Below, one piece after another: positions 9,885 through 19,605 of a stretch of DNA of 64,000 nucleotides; position 1 is the first letter of the stretch; every line of letters begins with the position of its first letter. Source of the stretch: Syntrophaceae bacterium. GTDB taxonomy: Bacteria > Desulfobacterota > Syntrophia > Syntrophales > PHBD01. Below the pieces are notes generated by a model. The model was not told the DNA's origin and made no database searches. It was given only the letters and a program-made list of their open reading frames with translations. A program made the position numbers and the translations under genes. Location of the stretch: the NCBI GenBank assembly GCA_013177825.1, contig JABLXX010000001.1, forward strand, positions 208,936 through 272,935, read 5' to 3'.

Positions 9885-10463
9885 ATGAAAAGCGAAGTCA
9901 AAAGCATTCTCATGGCCGGCGTGGGCGGGCAGGGCGTCCTCCGGGCGAGTGATATCCTCTGCCAGGTGATGATGGATTCGGGGCTGGACGTGAAGAAGAG
10001 CGAAGTCCACGGCATGGCCCAGCGGGGCGGATGCGTTACAAGCCACGTCCGTTATGGGCAAAAAGTCCATTCCCCTCTGGCGAAAAAGGGGGATGTGGAG
10101 ATCCTGCTGGCCTTCGAAAAACTGGAGACGCTGCGCTACCTGGATTACCTGAAACCGGGCGGCATCGTCATCATCAACGATGAAGAGATGAATCCGCCGT
10201 CCGTCAACCTGGGGGCGGCGGCATATCCGGAAACCGTGGTTCCCATCGTCAAGGAACGTTTTCCATCGGTTATCGTGGTCAACGCCCCGGAACTTGCCGA
10301 CAGGGCCGGCAACCGCCGGGCCGTCAATACGGTTCTCCTCGGTGTCCTGTCGAAATATCTAAAAATCGAAGAGAAGCAATGGGAAAAGGGGATCCACGAT
10401 TCCTTTCCGCTAAAGACCGTGGAAGCAAATATTAAGGCGTTTCACTTGGGGAGGGGCGCGTAG
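9885..10463 (+). CDS. iorB: Indolepyruvate:ferredoxin oxidoreductase, beta subunit
   Basis: ILMAGVGGQGVLRASDIL...EVHGMAQRGGCVTSHVRYG is the gamma-domain signature of the 2-oxoacid:Fd oxidoreductase family. Lies immediately after iorA. Confidence 0.85.
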   Translation: MKSEVKSILMAGVGGQGVLRASDILCQVMMDSGLDVKKSEVHGMAQRGGCVTSHVRYGQKVHSPLAKKGDVEILLAFEKLETLRYLDYLKPGGIVIINDEEMNPPSVNLGAAAYPETVVPIVKERFPSVIVVNAPELADRAGNRRAVNTVLLGVLSKYLKIEEKQWEKGIHDSFPLKTVEANIKAFHLGRGA

Positions 10464-10549
10464 GCCTTTTTCCCGGGTCTCTTCGGCACTTTCTCCGTTC
10501 CGACCGGGAAGACGGACATCGCATAAGGCCATGATCGTCCAGGTCGTTC

Positions 10550-10577
10550 TTGACAAATTCCATGCGATGGCTACTCT
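10550..10577 (+). promoter_or_regulatory. Candidate sigma70-type promoter for cbpA
   Basis: TTGACA (10550-10555), 16-nt spacer, TACTCT (10572-10577), about 120 nt upstream of the cbpA ATG. Confidence 0.3.
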
Positions 10578-10696
10578 TGTTTCAGTCGGAAAGGTACAGG
10601 ATCAATCCGTTACCGTAACCGATCGGACCTGTACCGGAATCCCCGGCGCCTGAGGAAATCCTTTTCGAACGGAAAGAGAGCGAGCAGAGACGGGAC

Positions 10697-11641
10697 ATGG
10701 CGGACGACTATTACAAGACCCTCGGAGTCGAAAAATCGGCCTCATCGGAAGAAATCAAGAAGGCTTACCGAAAGCTGGCCCTGAAATATCACCCGGACCG
10801 GAACCCCGACAACAAGGCCTCGGAAGAGAAGTTCAAAAAGATCAGCGAGGCGTATGCGGTCCTGAGTGACCCTGAAAAAAAGCAGCAGTACGACCAGTTC
10901 GGATCGGATCAGTTCCGCCAGCGCTATTCCCAGGAGGATATTTTCCGGGGAGTCGATTTGGACGAAATCCTCCGCAGTTTCGGATTCGGAGGATTTTCAC
11001 GTGGAGGTACAAGGACTTACAGGACTTCGACCAGAAGGGGAGGGGGCTTCGGCGGCGCGGAAGCGGACCCGTTCGCCGATCTCTTCGGCGGCGGGCAGGC
11101 GTATGCGAACATCCCCCAACAGGGCCAGGACCTGGAATACAATCTCGCCATTACCCTGGAAGAATCGGTTTTCGGCGCGGAGAAGAAAATTGCCGTTCCC
11201 CAGGAAGGGAAGGTCGAAGAGATCAATATCCGCATCCCGGCAGGCATCGCCGCCGGAAAAAAACTGCGCTTGGGCGGGAAGGGCTATCCCGGTGCCTTCG
11301 GCGGGCCCCCGGGGGATCTCTATCTCCACATCTCTCTCATGCCGCATCCCATTTTTGCCCGTGACGGCAGCGATATTTTTCTGGAAAAGGCCGTTACTTT
11401 TACGCAGGCGGCCCTCGGTTCCACTGTCGACGTGCCGACCCTGGACGGTACAACCAAACGGATCAAGATTCCCCCGGGAACCCAGAACAATACAAAGATC
11501 CGCATGAAAGGCTACGGCGTACCCCATATGAAGGGCGCGGGGAAGGGCGACCAGTTCGTCAAGATCAGCATCCAGGTACCGAAAAACCTGACGGACCGGC
11601 AGCATCAGCTCCTGAAGAAGCTGGCCGAAGAGGGGATGTAG
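10697..11641 (+). CDS. cbpA: Curved-DNA-binding / DnaJ-like co-chaperone (J domain plus C-terminal substrate-binding domains, no zinc finger)
   Basis: [34 protein letters not shown] (J domain with HPD), a G/F-rich linker, and DnaJ_C-like beta domains. The CxxCxGxG repeats are absent. Confidence 0.85.
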   Translation: MADDYYKTLGVEKSASSEEIKKAYRKLALKYHPDRNPDNKASEEKFKKISEAYAVLSDPEKKQQYDQFGSDQFRQRYSQEDIFRGVDLDEILRSFGFGGFSRGGTRTYRTSTRRGGGFGGAEADPFADLFGGGQAYANIPQQGQDLEYNLAITLEESVFGAEKKIAVPQEGKVEEINIRIPAGIAAGKKLRLGGKGYPGAFGGPPGDLYLHISLMPHPIFARDGSDIFLEKAVTFTQAALGSTVDVPTLDGTTKRIKIPPGTQNNTKIRMKGYGVPHMKGAGKGDQFVKISIQVPKNLTDRQHQLLKKLAEEGM

Positions 11642-11653
11642 GGAGGACGCGAT

Positions 11654-12034
11654 ATGTCGAGACGACTTCTGCTTGCGGGATTGATCGTATTGACCCTGTT
11701 TACGGCGGGCTGTGCAGCCGTAGGGCGGACCCGGGATTTTCGTCCCATCGATCCGTCTTCCCTTTCCCGCATCACACCGGGGGTAACAACGGGGGCCGAG
11801 GTTATCCGCCTGTTTGGTCCGCCCTCCCAGATAGTCAGGCTGTCGAACGGTAATGCCTACATTTATTCAAGTAAACTGTCTAAGACAACGGGGCTCTGGC
11901 TCGCCATCATCACCTTTGTCAACATGGATACCCGCCAGGATCAGGTGGTGTTCTTCCTGAATTCTCAGGATGTGGTAACCCATCATGGCGCATCTTTCCA
12001 TACCGGCGAGGCGCTTTATGGCCTCCCGTTTTAA
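11654..12034 (+). CDS. Small lipoprotein, BamE/SmpA_OmlA-like
   Basis: Signal peptide with lipobox LFTAGC. The pattern ITPGVTTGAEVIRLFGPP resembles the BamE fold signature. Confidence 0.55.
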   Translation: MSRRLLLAGLIVLTLFTAGCAAVGRTRDFRPIDPSSLSRITPGVTTGAEVIRLFGPPSQIVRLSNGNAYIYSSKLSKTTGLWLAIITFVNMDTRQDQVVFFLNSQDVVTHHGASFHTGEALYGLPF

Positions 12035-12461
12035 AACGGCGTTTCTTCTCATCCTTGCCTGCATCGTCTTCGTGACGGGCTGCTTTTCCTTCCGGGTCAT
12101 GCACGCCCGGGAGGGGAATGACGTGGCGGATCCGGGGAAACGTTTTCAACCCGGAAAAAGCGGCCTCGGGGATGTCCTTGCCGTCTACGGCGCTCCGACG
12201 GAAGTCCATAAACTCGGGACGGAAACACTTCTCATCTACGAAAGGATGCACTATCGCGGCGGTCAAATGACCATGGGAATCCCCATGAGTGACGTCCTTC
12301 CCACCAGTATCAATCTCAGCGGCCACGGCGACCTGATTCGTTACGACACGGCAGCCTTCTTTTTTCGGCCTGATTCCGTTCTCATCCGGACTGCCTACGT
12401 TCAGGGAAGCTCCTATCCTTTTTGGGATACTTTCTGGAGCGACAAAGCCGGCAGGCCATAA
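12018..12461 (+). CDS. Small lipoprotein, distant paralogue of the preceding one
   Basis: Start moved to the ATG at 12018 (MASRFKTAFLLILACIVFVTGC, lipobox VTGC). FQPGKSGLGDVLAVYGAP resembles the BamE-like motif. Overlaps the upstream gene by 17 nt. Confidence 0.5.
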   Translation: MASRFKTAFLLILACIVFVTGCFSFRVMHAREGNDVADPGKRFQPGKSGLGDVLAVYGAPTEVHKLGTETLLIYERMHYRGGQMTMGIPMSDVLPTSINLSGHGDLIRYDTAAFFFRPDSVLIRTAYVQGSSYPFWDTFWSDKAGRP

Positions 12462-12811
12462 TTCTTCCTATCTTTTATTTGTCAGATAAATACCGGATAG
12501 AACCAGAATCCTGCCGATATCAACTCAATCGTCATTTCTTCTTTAAGCAGAGTCACTCCGAGAATCACTGCCGTCAAATGTACCTCCGCAATGCCTGAAT
12601 ATATCGTAAACATATTGGATCAGTAATTTGGTGTCGGACCGATGTCGGGCCACCGTCGTCACCCCACACTGAATGTCCGATAAGATATGTTATGTAAACC
12701 TGTGTGTATGTTTTCCTGAGTCTGGACTTCGGGGTCGACTTTACTCCTGCAGGTTTCCAATGAGAGATGACTTTGGGGTGGAATTGCCGGTTGTCATGGC
12801 ACAGGTCAAGA

Positions 12812-13531
12812 TCAGTCCAGTTCCACCTCACCCCAGGCGCCCATACTGTCTGCCACGACAATGACGACGCCGAGGACTCCGGTGATTTGCTGTGCTCTAT
12901 CAAGACCTTTCTTTATGGTTGCCTTGTTTTGGACGAGATTGCCGATGGAAGTCGCTGCCGCATCGGCCAAGGCAGCAGACGTCGACAAGACGGTTACGGC
13001 ATCGGCCCGTCCGAGACTGAGGCTCGGCCCGACCGTGCCGGACGACGTGCAAATTCCCAACGGTGTCTGCTCAGGACGAATATTCAAGGATATCCGGTCG
13101 CTTAACGGAGATGTGCCCGCAAAGAGGCCGATCCGGACATCCCGATCCATCCTGATGAAGATGTCCCCGCCGTTTTCGATAATGATGTTTTCCGATAAAG
13201 GCAGGAGATCCCTGCCCACCCTTTCCGCCATGGCTCCGGCTACAGCAGCCATAGGACCCACGCCGGCCTGCTCGGCGGCTTCCAGCATGTCCCGGACGAT
13301 CGGCGGGGCAAGATCTTCTTTTTCCAATGGAATCAGAGAATTCAGGAAAGTCGGATGGGACTCGATGTATCTCTCAAGCTGCCTGCGATACTTGTAAACG
13401 GCCTGGAGAGAGGGTCCTGTGAGGTCGCGGGAAGCGCTGATCATGAGGTCAGTCTGGCCTACACGGACTGTAAATAACACCAGGTCCGGGGTTGAGATCC
13501 TTTGGCGATACGTTCGCTCACGATATTCCAT
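12812..13531 (-). CDS. UPF0280 family protein (ApbE-like fold)
   Basis: MEYRERTYRQRI...FTVRVGQTDLMISA...GVGPMAAVAGAMAE...IIIENGGDIF...GICTSSGTVGPSLSLGRADAVTV matches my recollection of UPF0280. Its start codon shares 1 nt with the dnaE stop (TAATG). Confidence 0.65.
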   Translation of the reverse strand: MEYRERTYRQRISTPDLVLFTVRVGQTDLMISASRDLTGPSLQAVYKYRRQLERYIESHPTFLNSLIPLEKEDLAPPIVRDMLEAAEQAGVGPMAAVAGAMAERVGRDLLPLSENIIIENGGDIFIRMDRDVRIGLFAGTSPLSDRISLNIRPEQTPLGICTSSGTVGPSLSLGRADAVTVLSTSAALADAAATSIGNLVQNKATIKKGLDRAQQITGVLGVVIVVADSMGAWGEVELD

Positions 13532-16500
13532 TATTGAAAATGGGTCGTGCCTTTCCCCAGGAATTGTTCGGCCTCGTCCTTCAGAACATCCGAGATGTCC
13601 AATCGCGAATCCTGGCCAAGAAAGATCACCGTCTCACATCCATTGGCATGAAGATGAAGGTACCCTTCGTATTTCCCAGGATATTTCAGAATCAGCGCTT
13701 TCAGGGTTGCCAGATCGTCGGGCTGGAAACGCAATGCATCGACCTTGAAATGAACGGAAGAAAATGGATGATCGGCAATTTCCGCCAGATTGAGGATCTC
13801 CGTTGCCTTGACCCGAACATTTTCCTCGTCCGCATCCAGAGTTCCCGTAACGAGGAGCGGATCCGCCCCTTTCAGCAGAGACTCGTATTGCCGATATGTT
13901 TCGCCGAAAACGATCACCTCGACGGATCCTTTTAAATCCTCAAAGGTTACATAAGCCATTGTGTCTTTGCGCTTCGTCTTGATCTCTTTGATGGCGCTGA
14001 CGATCCCGCCGAAAGAAACGGTTTCCTTGTCTTGCATTCCCTTCAGCGTCTCAATGTCCGCCGTTGCGACCCGCTTGAGCTTCTGTTCGACGAAGGCCAG
14101 GGGATGGCTGGTTATATAGAAACCGATCAGCTCCTTTTCATATGATAGCATTTCTTTATGATTCCAACTGGTATTGCCTTCATTATTAAAGCTATCGTTT
14201 AATGTGTCGCCGTCATTGCCCTCCAGCGAGTCAAACAAACCGGTCTGTCCCGCTGCCCTGTTCTGGGATTCCCGACTTGCCAACTCCAGGTCATGTTCAA
14301 ACGATCCCATTAACAGGCGCCGATTTGGATAAACGGAGTCGAAGGCGCCGCACTTGACCAGGCTTTCCACAACCCGCTTGTTGATCTTCCGCAGATCCGT
14401 ACGTCGGCAGAAGTCCTTGAAAGAAATAAACTTTCCACCATTCTGACGGGCCTCAAGAACGGCCTCCACCGCTCCAACCCCCACGTTTTTGACAGCTGCC
14501 AGCCCGAAACGGATATTACCATCCTCGGAAACGCTGAAATCGCTCAAAGACGAGTTTATGTCCGGGGGAAGGACTCCAATCCCCAGAGAGCGGCAATCGT
14601 GGATGTAGCGGATGATTTTGTCCCGATTGTCCTTTTCCGAGGTGAGCAGGGCCGCCATGAACTCAGCCGGGTAATGGGCCTTCAGGTACGCCGTCTGGTA
14701 GGTAATTACCGCATAGGCGGCACTGTGGGACTTGTTGAAGCCGTATTCGGCGAAGGTCTCCATCTGGTCCCAGATCTTCTGCGCCTTCTGCTGTGGAATG
14801 GCATTCTGTTTTGCACCATCGAGGAACTTCGGCTTCTCCTTCTCCATCTCCTCCGGCTTTTTCTTACTCATCAGTCGACGCAAATTGTCCGCATCGGCCA
14901 TGGAGTAGCCGCCGATGGAACCGGCAATCTGCATTACCTGTTCCTGATAGACGATAACGCCGTATGTTTCCTGAAGGATATCCTTCAACTGCGGCATTTC
15001 ATAGGTGATTTTTGTCCTACCCTGCTTCCGGGCGATGAAATCGGGTATTTGACTCATCGGCCCGGGACGGTACAGGGCGATCAGGGCGATGACATCCTCG
15101 ATGCAGTCGGGCCGCAGGTTGACCAGAAGATCCTTCATACCGGAACTTTCGAGCTGGAAAACCCCGTCGGTGTCTCCCCTTCCCAGAAGCTCATAGGTCT
15201 TCGGATCGTCAAGAGGCAGGTCCTCAATATTCAGGTGGATTCCCCGCCCTTCTTCCATGAAATGAAGGCAGTTCTGAATGACCGTCAGCGTCTTGAGTCC
15301 CAGGAAGTCGAATTTGGTCAGCCCGATGTCCTGGAGGTCCTTCATAGCGTATTGGGTGACCACTGAATCGTCACCTTTTGGACTCCGGTAGAGAGGCACC
15401 CGTTCCACCAGAGGTACGTCTGAGATGACTACGCCAGCCGCATGAGTGGAGGCGTGGCGGTTCAGACCTTCCAGTGAGCGCGACAACTGAAGGAGTTTCC
15501 GGACCTTTTCGCTTTTCTTGGCCTCATCTTGCAGGCGGGCTTCATCCTGAATCGCTTTGTCGAGCGTTATGTTGAGCACATTGGGCACGAGCTTCGCGAT
15601 GGCGTCCACTTCGCCATAGGGAATGTTGAGTGCACGCCCCACGTCACGAATGACCGCCTTGGCCTTCATCTGCCCAAAGGTGATGATCTGGGCCACCCGA
15701 TCGTGACCGTATTTGTCAGTCACATAACGGATGATCTCGTCCCGTCCTTCCTGGCAGAAGTCGATGTCGATATCGGGCATGCTCTTGCGGTTCGGGTTCA
15801 GGAATCGCTCAAAGAACAGTCCGTAACGGATCGGATCGATGGAAGTAATGCCGATGGCAAAGGCGACCAGGCTTCCGGCTGCGGATCCCCGGCCGGGGCC
15901 GACGGGAATCTTCTTTTCCTTGGCGTATCGCACGAAATCGGCCACGATGAGGAAATAGCCGGAAAATCCCATGTTGCGGATCATTTCCAGTTCTTCCCGA
16001 AGCCGCTTCAGGTACACTACCTGGAGTTCCGGGTCCTTGCCGCGGAGCAGGGCCGGCAGTTTCTCCGCCAGCCCTTTTTCGGCCTCCCGGATGAGCAGGT
16101 CGTCCAGGGATTCCCCCGAGTCACTCTGGAACTGGGGAAGCAGGAACTCGCCGAACGTAAAGGAAAGCTGGCAACGTTCAGCAATCCGCAAGGTGTTTTC
16201 GATTGCTTCCGGATGGCTCCCGAACAGGCGGATCATCTCCTCGGGCGATCGGAAATAGAGCTGGTCTGTTCCGAACCGCATCCGGTCCGTCGTCTCGATG
16301 TTTTTCCCCGTCTGGATGCAAAGCAGGACCTCGTGGGCCTCGGCGTCCGAACGCTGCAGATAGTGGCAATCGTTTGTCGCCACCAGGGGAATCGAGCGCT
16401 TGCGGGCGATCTCGATGAGGCCGGCATTGGCAGCATTCTGTTCTTCCAGGCCGTTTTCCATGAGTTCGAGGAAAAAATTCCCGTCCCCGAAAATATCCCT

Positions 16501-17013
16501 CAACTCGTCGGCGGCCCGAATTGCGCTGTCCCGGCCTTCCTTCAGAAGGCGGTCCGCAACCTCGCCATGCAGGCAGGCGCTCGAGGCGATGAGTCCTTCA
16601 TGGTGTGTCCGGAGGAGTTCCTTGTCCACGCGGGGCCGGTAGTAAAAACCCTCCGTCCATCCCGCAGTGACCAGCTTCATCAGATTCCGGTATCCCGTCA
16701 TGTTTTCGGCCAGAACGACGAGATGCCGGGCCGTTTCGCCGATCCCCTGGGACTGCCTGTCGAAGCGGCTTCCCGGGGCAACGTAGAGTTCACAGCCGAT
16801 GATGGGCTTGATACCCGCTTTCCGGGCCCGCTGATAAAAATCGATGGCGCCGAAGAGGTTGCCGTGGTCCGTGATGGCCAGCGCCGGCATTTCATATTCC
16901 TTCGCCTTCTGGAACAGATCCGCAAGACGGATGGCACCGTCTAGCAGGCTGTACTGTGTATGAACATGAAGATGAACGAAGTCGGAGGGCATGTATTCTC
17001 GATTTCCGGTCAT
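13531..17013 (-). CDS. dnaE: DNA polymerase III alpha subunit
   Basis: 1160 aa. PHP domain FVHLHVHTQYSLLDGA, polymerase core GPGRGSAAGSLVAFAIGIT..PDIDIDF, and an OB-fold tail. Confidence 0.97.
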   Translation of the reverse strand: MTGNREYMPSDFVHLHVHTQYSLLDGAIRLADLFQKAKEYEMPALAITDHGNLFGAIDFYQRARKAGIKPIIGCELYVAPGSRFDRQSQGIGETARHLVVLAENMTGYRNLMKLVTAGWTEGFYYRPRVDKELLRTHHEGLIASSACLHGEVADRLLKEGRDSAIRAADELRDIFGDGNFFLELMENGLEEQNAANAGLIEIARKRSIPLVATNDCHYLQRSDAEAHEVLLCIQTGKNIETTDRMRFGTDQLYFRSPEEMIRLFGSHPEAIENTLRIAERCQLSFTFGEFLLPQFQSDSGESLDDLLIREAEKGLAEKLPALLRGKDPELQVVYLKRLREELEMIRNMGFSGYFLIVADFVRYAKEKKIPVGPGRGSAAGSLVAFAIGITSIDPIRYGLFFERFLNPNRKSMPDIDIDFCQEGRDEIIRYVTDKYGHDRVAQIITFGQMKAKAVIRDVGRALNIPYGEVDAIAKLVPNVLNITLDKAIQDEARLQDEAKKSEKVRKLLQLSRSLEGLNRHASTHAAGVVISDVPLVERVPLYRSPKGDDSVVTQYAMKDLQDIGLTKFDFLGLKTLTVIQNCLHFMEEGRGIHLNIEDLPLDDPKTYELLGRGDTDGVFQLESSGMKDLLVNLRPDCIEDVIALIALYRPGPMSQIPDFIARKQGRTKITYEMPQLKDILQETYGVIVYQEQVMQIAGSIGGYSMADADNLRRLMSKKKPEEMEKEKPKFLDGAKQNAIPQQKAQKIWDQMETFAEYGFNKSHSAAYAVITYQTAYLKAHYPAEFMAALLTSEKDNRDKIIRYIHDCRSLGIGVLPPDINSSLSDFSVSEDGNIRFGLAAVKNVGVGAVEAVLEARQNGGKFISFKDFCRRTDLRKINKRVVESLVKCGAFDSVYPNRRLLMGSFEHDLELASRESQNRAAGQTGLFDSLEGNDGDTLNDSFNNEGNTSWNHKEMLSYEKELIGFYITSHPLAFVEQKLKRVATADIETLKGMQDKETVSFGGIVSAIKEIKTKRKDTMAYVTFEDLKGSVEVIVFGETYRQYESLLKGADPLLVTGTLDADEENVRVKATEILNLAEIADHPFSSVHFKVDALRFQPDDLATLKALILKYPGKYEGYLHLHANGCETVIFLGQDSRLDISDVLKDEAEQFLGKGTTHFQ

Positions 17014-17033
17014 AACACCGGACGTGCCGGGGT

Positions 17034-18512
<1,479 letters not shown>

Positions 18513-19016
18513 TCATTCAGGATGTTTCTCCGTGGATTTGCGCTGGAGAAGATCGTAGGTCTGCCCGTTCACAGAGAGATAGAAGGCATCTCTTCGGGCG
18601 TCGTATTCAACGTGTTCCGCCAACTGGTAATAGGCCGGCCGGGAAAAGCGGGCCGGGAATCGTCCTCCGCGGACCGAGCAGTAAGGCACATTGTCTTCCG
18701 TCATGCACAGGCTGGATGGGTCGAGGGATTCCAGGCTGTCGTCGCACAGGAGAAGCTTGAGCCCGCCGCCGTTCCCTTCCGCTTCTGCCGACCGAAAGAC
18801 AGCCCTGATTACAAAGGGAGTATCCTCCACTTCAATGACGCAGCAATCATGTCCCAGGTCGATCCAGTACCGCCCCTCTTCGTCAAGCCGGAGGTGTTCA
18901 TAGAAATAATTTACAATCTCCTTGCGGAACATGACGGCGCCACGGAAGTACCAGACACCGTCCCGGTCAACCCGGATGTCACACAGAGGAATGTTTTCCT
19001 GTGAGTATTCCATCAT
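18513..19016 (-). CDS. DUF1285 domain protein
   Basis: IRVDRDGVWYFRGAVMFRKEIVNYFYEHLRLDEEGRYWIDL...EVEDTPFVI matches the DUF1285 pattern as I recall it. Confidence 0.6.
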   Translation of the reverse strand: MMEYSQENIPLCDIRVDRDGVWYFRGAVMFRKEIVNYFYEHLRLDEEGRYWIDLGHDCCVIEVEDTPFVIRAVFRSAEAEGNGGGLKLLLCDDSLESLDPSSLCMTEDNVPYCSVRGGRFPARFSRPAYYQLAEHVEYDARRDAFYLSVNGQTYDLLQRKSTEKHPE

Positions 19017-19471
19017 TTCTCAAGATTCTTTCTGCTGTCGATCCATATCGTCACGGGACCGTCGTTGATGAGCCGAACCTTCATCATCGCCTGAAATTCG
19101 CCTTCTCCGACACGACCATCGAGCCGTTCCCGCGACTTGCCGACAAAGTAATCGTAAAGACTCCGGGCGCGTTCCGGCTCCTCAGCGTGAGCAAAAGACG
19201 GTCGCCGACCCTTTCGGCAGTCTGCCAGCAGGGTAAACTGGGATATAGCCAGCATGGCCCCTCCCGTGTCCAGCAGGGAAAGGTTCATTTTGCCGTCCGG
19301 GTCCTCGAAGATCCGAAGGTTGATGATCTTTTCCAGGAGATAGTCGGCATCCGCTTCCCTGTCTCCCTGCTCCACGCCGAGGAAGACCAGGAGTCCGGCA
19401 CCGATTTCGGAAAGGTTTTTTTCTCCGGCCGTTACACCGGCCTCGGAGACACGCTGGATGACGGCCCGCAT
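19013..19471 (-). CDS. dtd: D-aminoacyl-tRNA (D-Tyr-tRNA) deacylase
   Basis: MRAVIQRVSEA...GLLVFLGV...SQFTLLADCRKGRRPSF...MKVRLINDGPVT. Start set at MRAVIQRV (19471), not the 13-codon extension. Confidence 0.92.
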   Translation of the reverse strand: MRAVIQRVSEAGVTAGEKNLSEIGAGLLVFLGVEQGDREADADYLLEKIINLRIFEDPDGKMNLSLLDTGGAMLAISQFTLLADCRKGRRPSFAHAEEPERARSLYDYFVGKSRERLDGRVGEGEFQAMMKVRLINDGPVTIWIDSRKNLEK

Positions 19472-19605
19472 CTGCATACCCCGTCTAAACGCGGCGCATG
19501 TTAGCAGCAATCGGAGCGGCCTTCAAGTGCTTTGTGTTTTCGTGAGCGGGAAATGGCGAGAGGCCCCAGGGTGGGGCCTCTCAAGCCGAGAGCCGTCGGA
19601 AAAAA

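Noticed and set aside
10464-10696. Heat-shock control elements (CIRCE inverted repeat, sigma32-type promoter) upstream of cbpA
   Set aside because: No TTAGCACTC-N9-GAGTGCTAA and no CCCCAT-type -10 element. Only a sigma70-like candidate and a hairpin are reported.
12574-12903. 109-aa minus-strand ORF and 63-aa plus-strand ORF in the low-GC spacer
   Set aside because: One overlaps the 3-prime end of the UPF0280 gene. Both have implausible composition, no RBS and no motifs.
14599-16944. Plus-strand ORFs (14599-15366, 15529-16944) inside dnaE
   Set aside because: Shadow ORFs antisense to dnaE.
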